This document shows positions 62,918 to 64,000 of a stretch of DNA of 64,000 nt, piece after piece. A program made the translations under genes and the position numbers. The notes under the pieces are model-generated. The model saw nothing but the letters and a program-made list of their open reading frames with translations, did no database searches and was not told where the DNA came from. Source of the stretch: an uncultured Actinomycetota bacterium (GTDB lineage: Bacteria > Actinomycetota > Actinomycetes > Actinomycetales > Microbacteriaceae); NCBI GenBank assembly GCA_963751055.1, contig CAVVTB010000008.1, positions 107,563-171,562 of the forward strand, given 5' to 3'. Position 1 is the first letter of the stretch; every line of letters begins with the position of its first letter.

Positions 62918-63045
62918 GTGTGCAGTCCTTGTGGGTCACAGCGGTGTGAAAAGGGATGCTCTGAGACTACTCGCGGCGCCTGCGAGCGCTGGTGTACCGG
63001 TCGTACAACCCGCACCCGATGTTGTACCTGAGGGCGACGGGGGCC

Positions 63046-63960
63046 TCAGTCGGTCTGCGGCTTGCGTGAGAAGACCTCGAGCCGCTCCTCCGGCGTCAGT
63101 GCCGACATCCGCTCGACCCATTCCGCCGAGAAGTAGTCGCCCGTCGGCGCCTCGACGACGGGGACGACGGCGTGTGTGATGGTGTCGTCGTACACATGGA
63201 CGAGGTGGAAGGACTGCCCGGCATCCATGCCGTTCACCTCGACCGCGGGGCGGGCGAGGTCCATCGTGTAGCAGGTCGCGGCGGCGACGCTCACGGGGAT
63301 TCCGGCGAACATTCCGCTCGTCGAGTAGTGGAGGTGGCCGGCCAGTATCGCGCGCACGTCTGTGCCGGCGATGACGCCCGCCAGCCGGCGCTGGTCGCGC
63401 AGCTCGAGGATGTCGAACAGCGGAACGTGCGATGGCAGCGGCGGGTGGTGCATCGCCAGGATCGTGCCGAGGGGTGCCGGGGAGGCGAGGATGCCGCGCA
63501 GCCACTCGAGCTGCTCGCCGTCGATGTCTCCGTGATGCCAGCCGGGCACGCTGGTATCCAGCGCGACGAGACGGAGACCGCCGAGATCCCAGACACCCGT
63601 CACCGGCTCCTGCGTGGCGTCGAGGCCCAGCAGCTCGCTCCGCAGAGCAGGGCGCTCATCGTGGTTGCCCGCGACCCAGATGAGCGGCGCACCGATCCTC
63701 TCAGCGACCGGCTCGACCGCCGCGCGCAGTTCTCGGTAGGCCTCGGGCTCCCCCAGGTCGGTGAGGTCGCCGGTGAAGACGATGGCATCCGGACTGATGC
63801 CGAGCCGCTCTACAGCGTGCAGGGTCCTCCGCAGGTTCGCAGCGGTGTCGAAGCGTCCGCCCAGCGGCCGGTTCTCGGCCAGCAGATGGGTGTCGCTCAC
63901 ATGCAGGAGGGTGCGCCGCGCGCGGGGGTACTGTCCGAATTGCACGGATGCCGGCTCCAT
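63046..63960 (-). CDS. Metallophosphoesterase (CpdA-like cyclic nucleotide phosphodiesterase)
   Basis: SDTH, TGDL, GNHD, HHPP, GHLH. Confidence 0.9.
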   Translation of the reverse strand: MEPASVQFGQYPRARRTLLHVSDTHLLAENRPLGGRFDTAANLRRTLHAVERLGISPDAIVFTGDLTDLGEPEAYRELRAAVEPVAERIGAPLIWVAGNHDERPALRSELLGLDATQEPVTGVWDLGGLRLVALDTSVPGWHHGDIDGEQLEWLRGILASPAPLGTILAMHHPPLPSHVPLFDILELRDQRRLAGVIAGTDVRAILAGHLHYSTSGMFAGIPVSVAAATCYTMDLARPAVEVNGMDAGQSFHLVHVYDDTITHAVVPVVEAPTGDYFSAEWVERMSALTPEERLEVFSRKPQTD

Positions 63961-64000
63961 GCGCACAGCCTATTCGGTGCGTGCCTCGACGGTCCGGCTC

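Overview
High-GC actinobacterial chromosome segment, most likely Microbacterium or another Microbacteriaceae (inferred from gene content and order). The core backbone is hisC | LysM-lexA | hflX-dapF-miaA-miaB-recX-recA-clgR-cinA-pgsA-ftsK-rnj-dapA-thyX-dapB-pnp ... rpsO ... aspA. Accessory genes are interspersed, mainly between pnp and rpsO. I see no rRNA, tRNA, CRISPR array, integrase or transposase. Main observations: (1) an AbiEi/DUF559 (Vsr-like nuclease) gene at 22243-23130 is bracketed by two copies of an ~87-bp palindromic element with CCGAAAGTCGG...CCGACTTTCGG ends, and a third solo copy sits at ~26.9 kb, resembling a REP/RAYT arrangement with a non-HUH nuclease; (2) GGATGC(C/T)G / C(G/A)GCATCC recurs very often in coding and intergenic DNA and forms inverted pairs in terminator-like hairpins; (3) two small acidic ORFs are missing from the ORF track; (4) a tandem SDR duplication includes its promoter; (5) LexA, PafBC-type and SigH/SigE-type promoter motifs are recognisable; (6) a dense cluster of single-base frameshifts at 38-53 kb is probably sequencing error. 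Product calls come from motif recognition by eye, not database searches.
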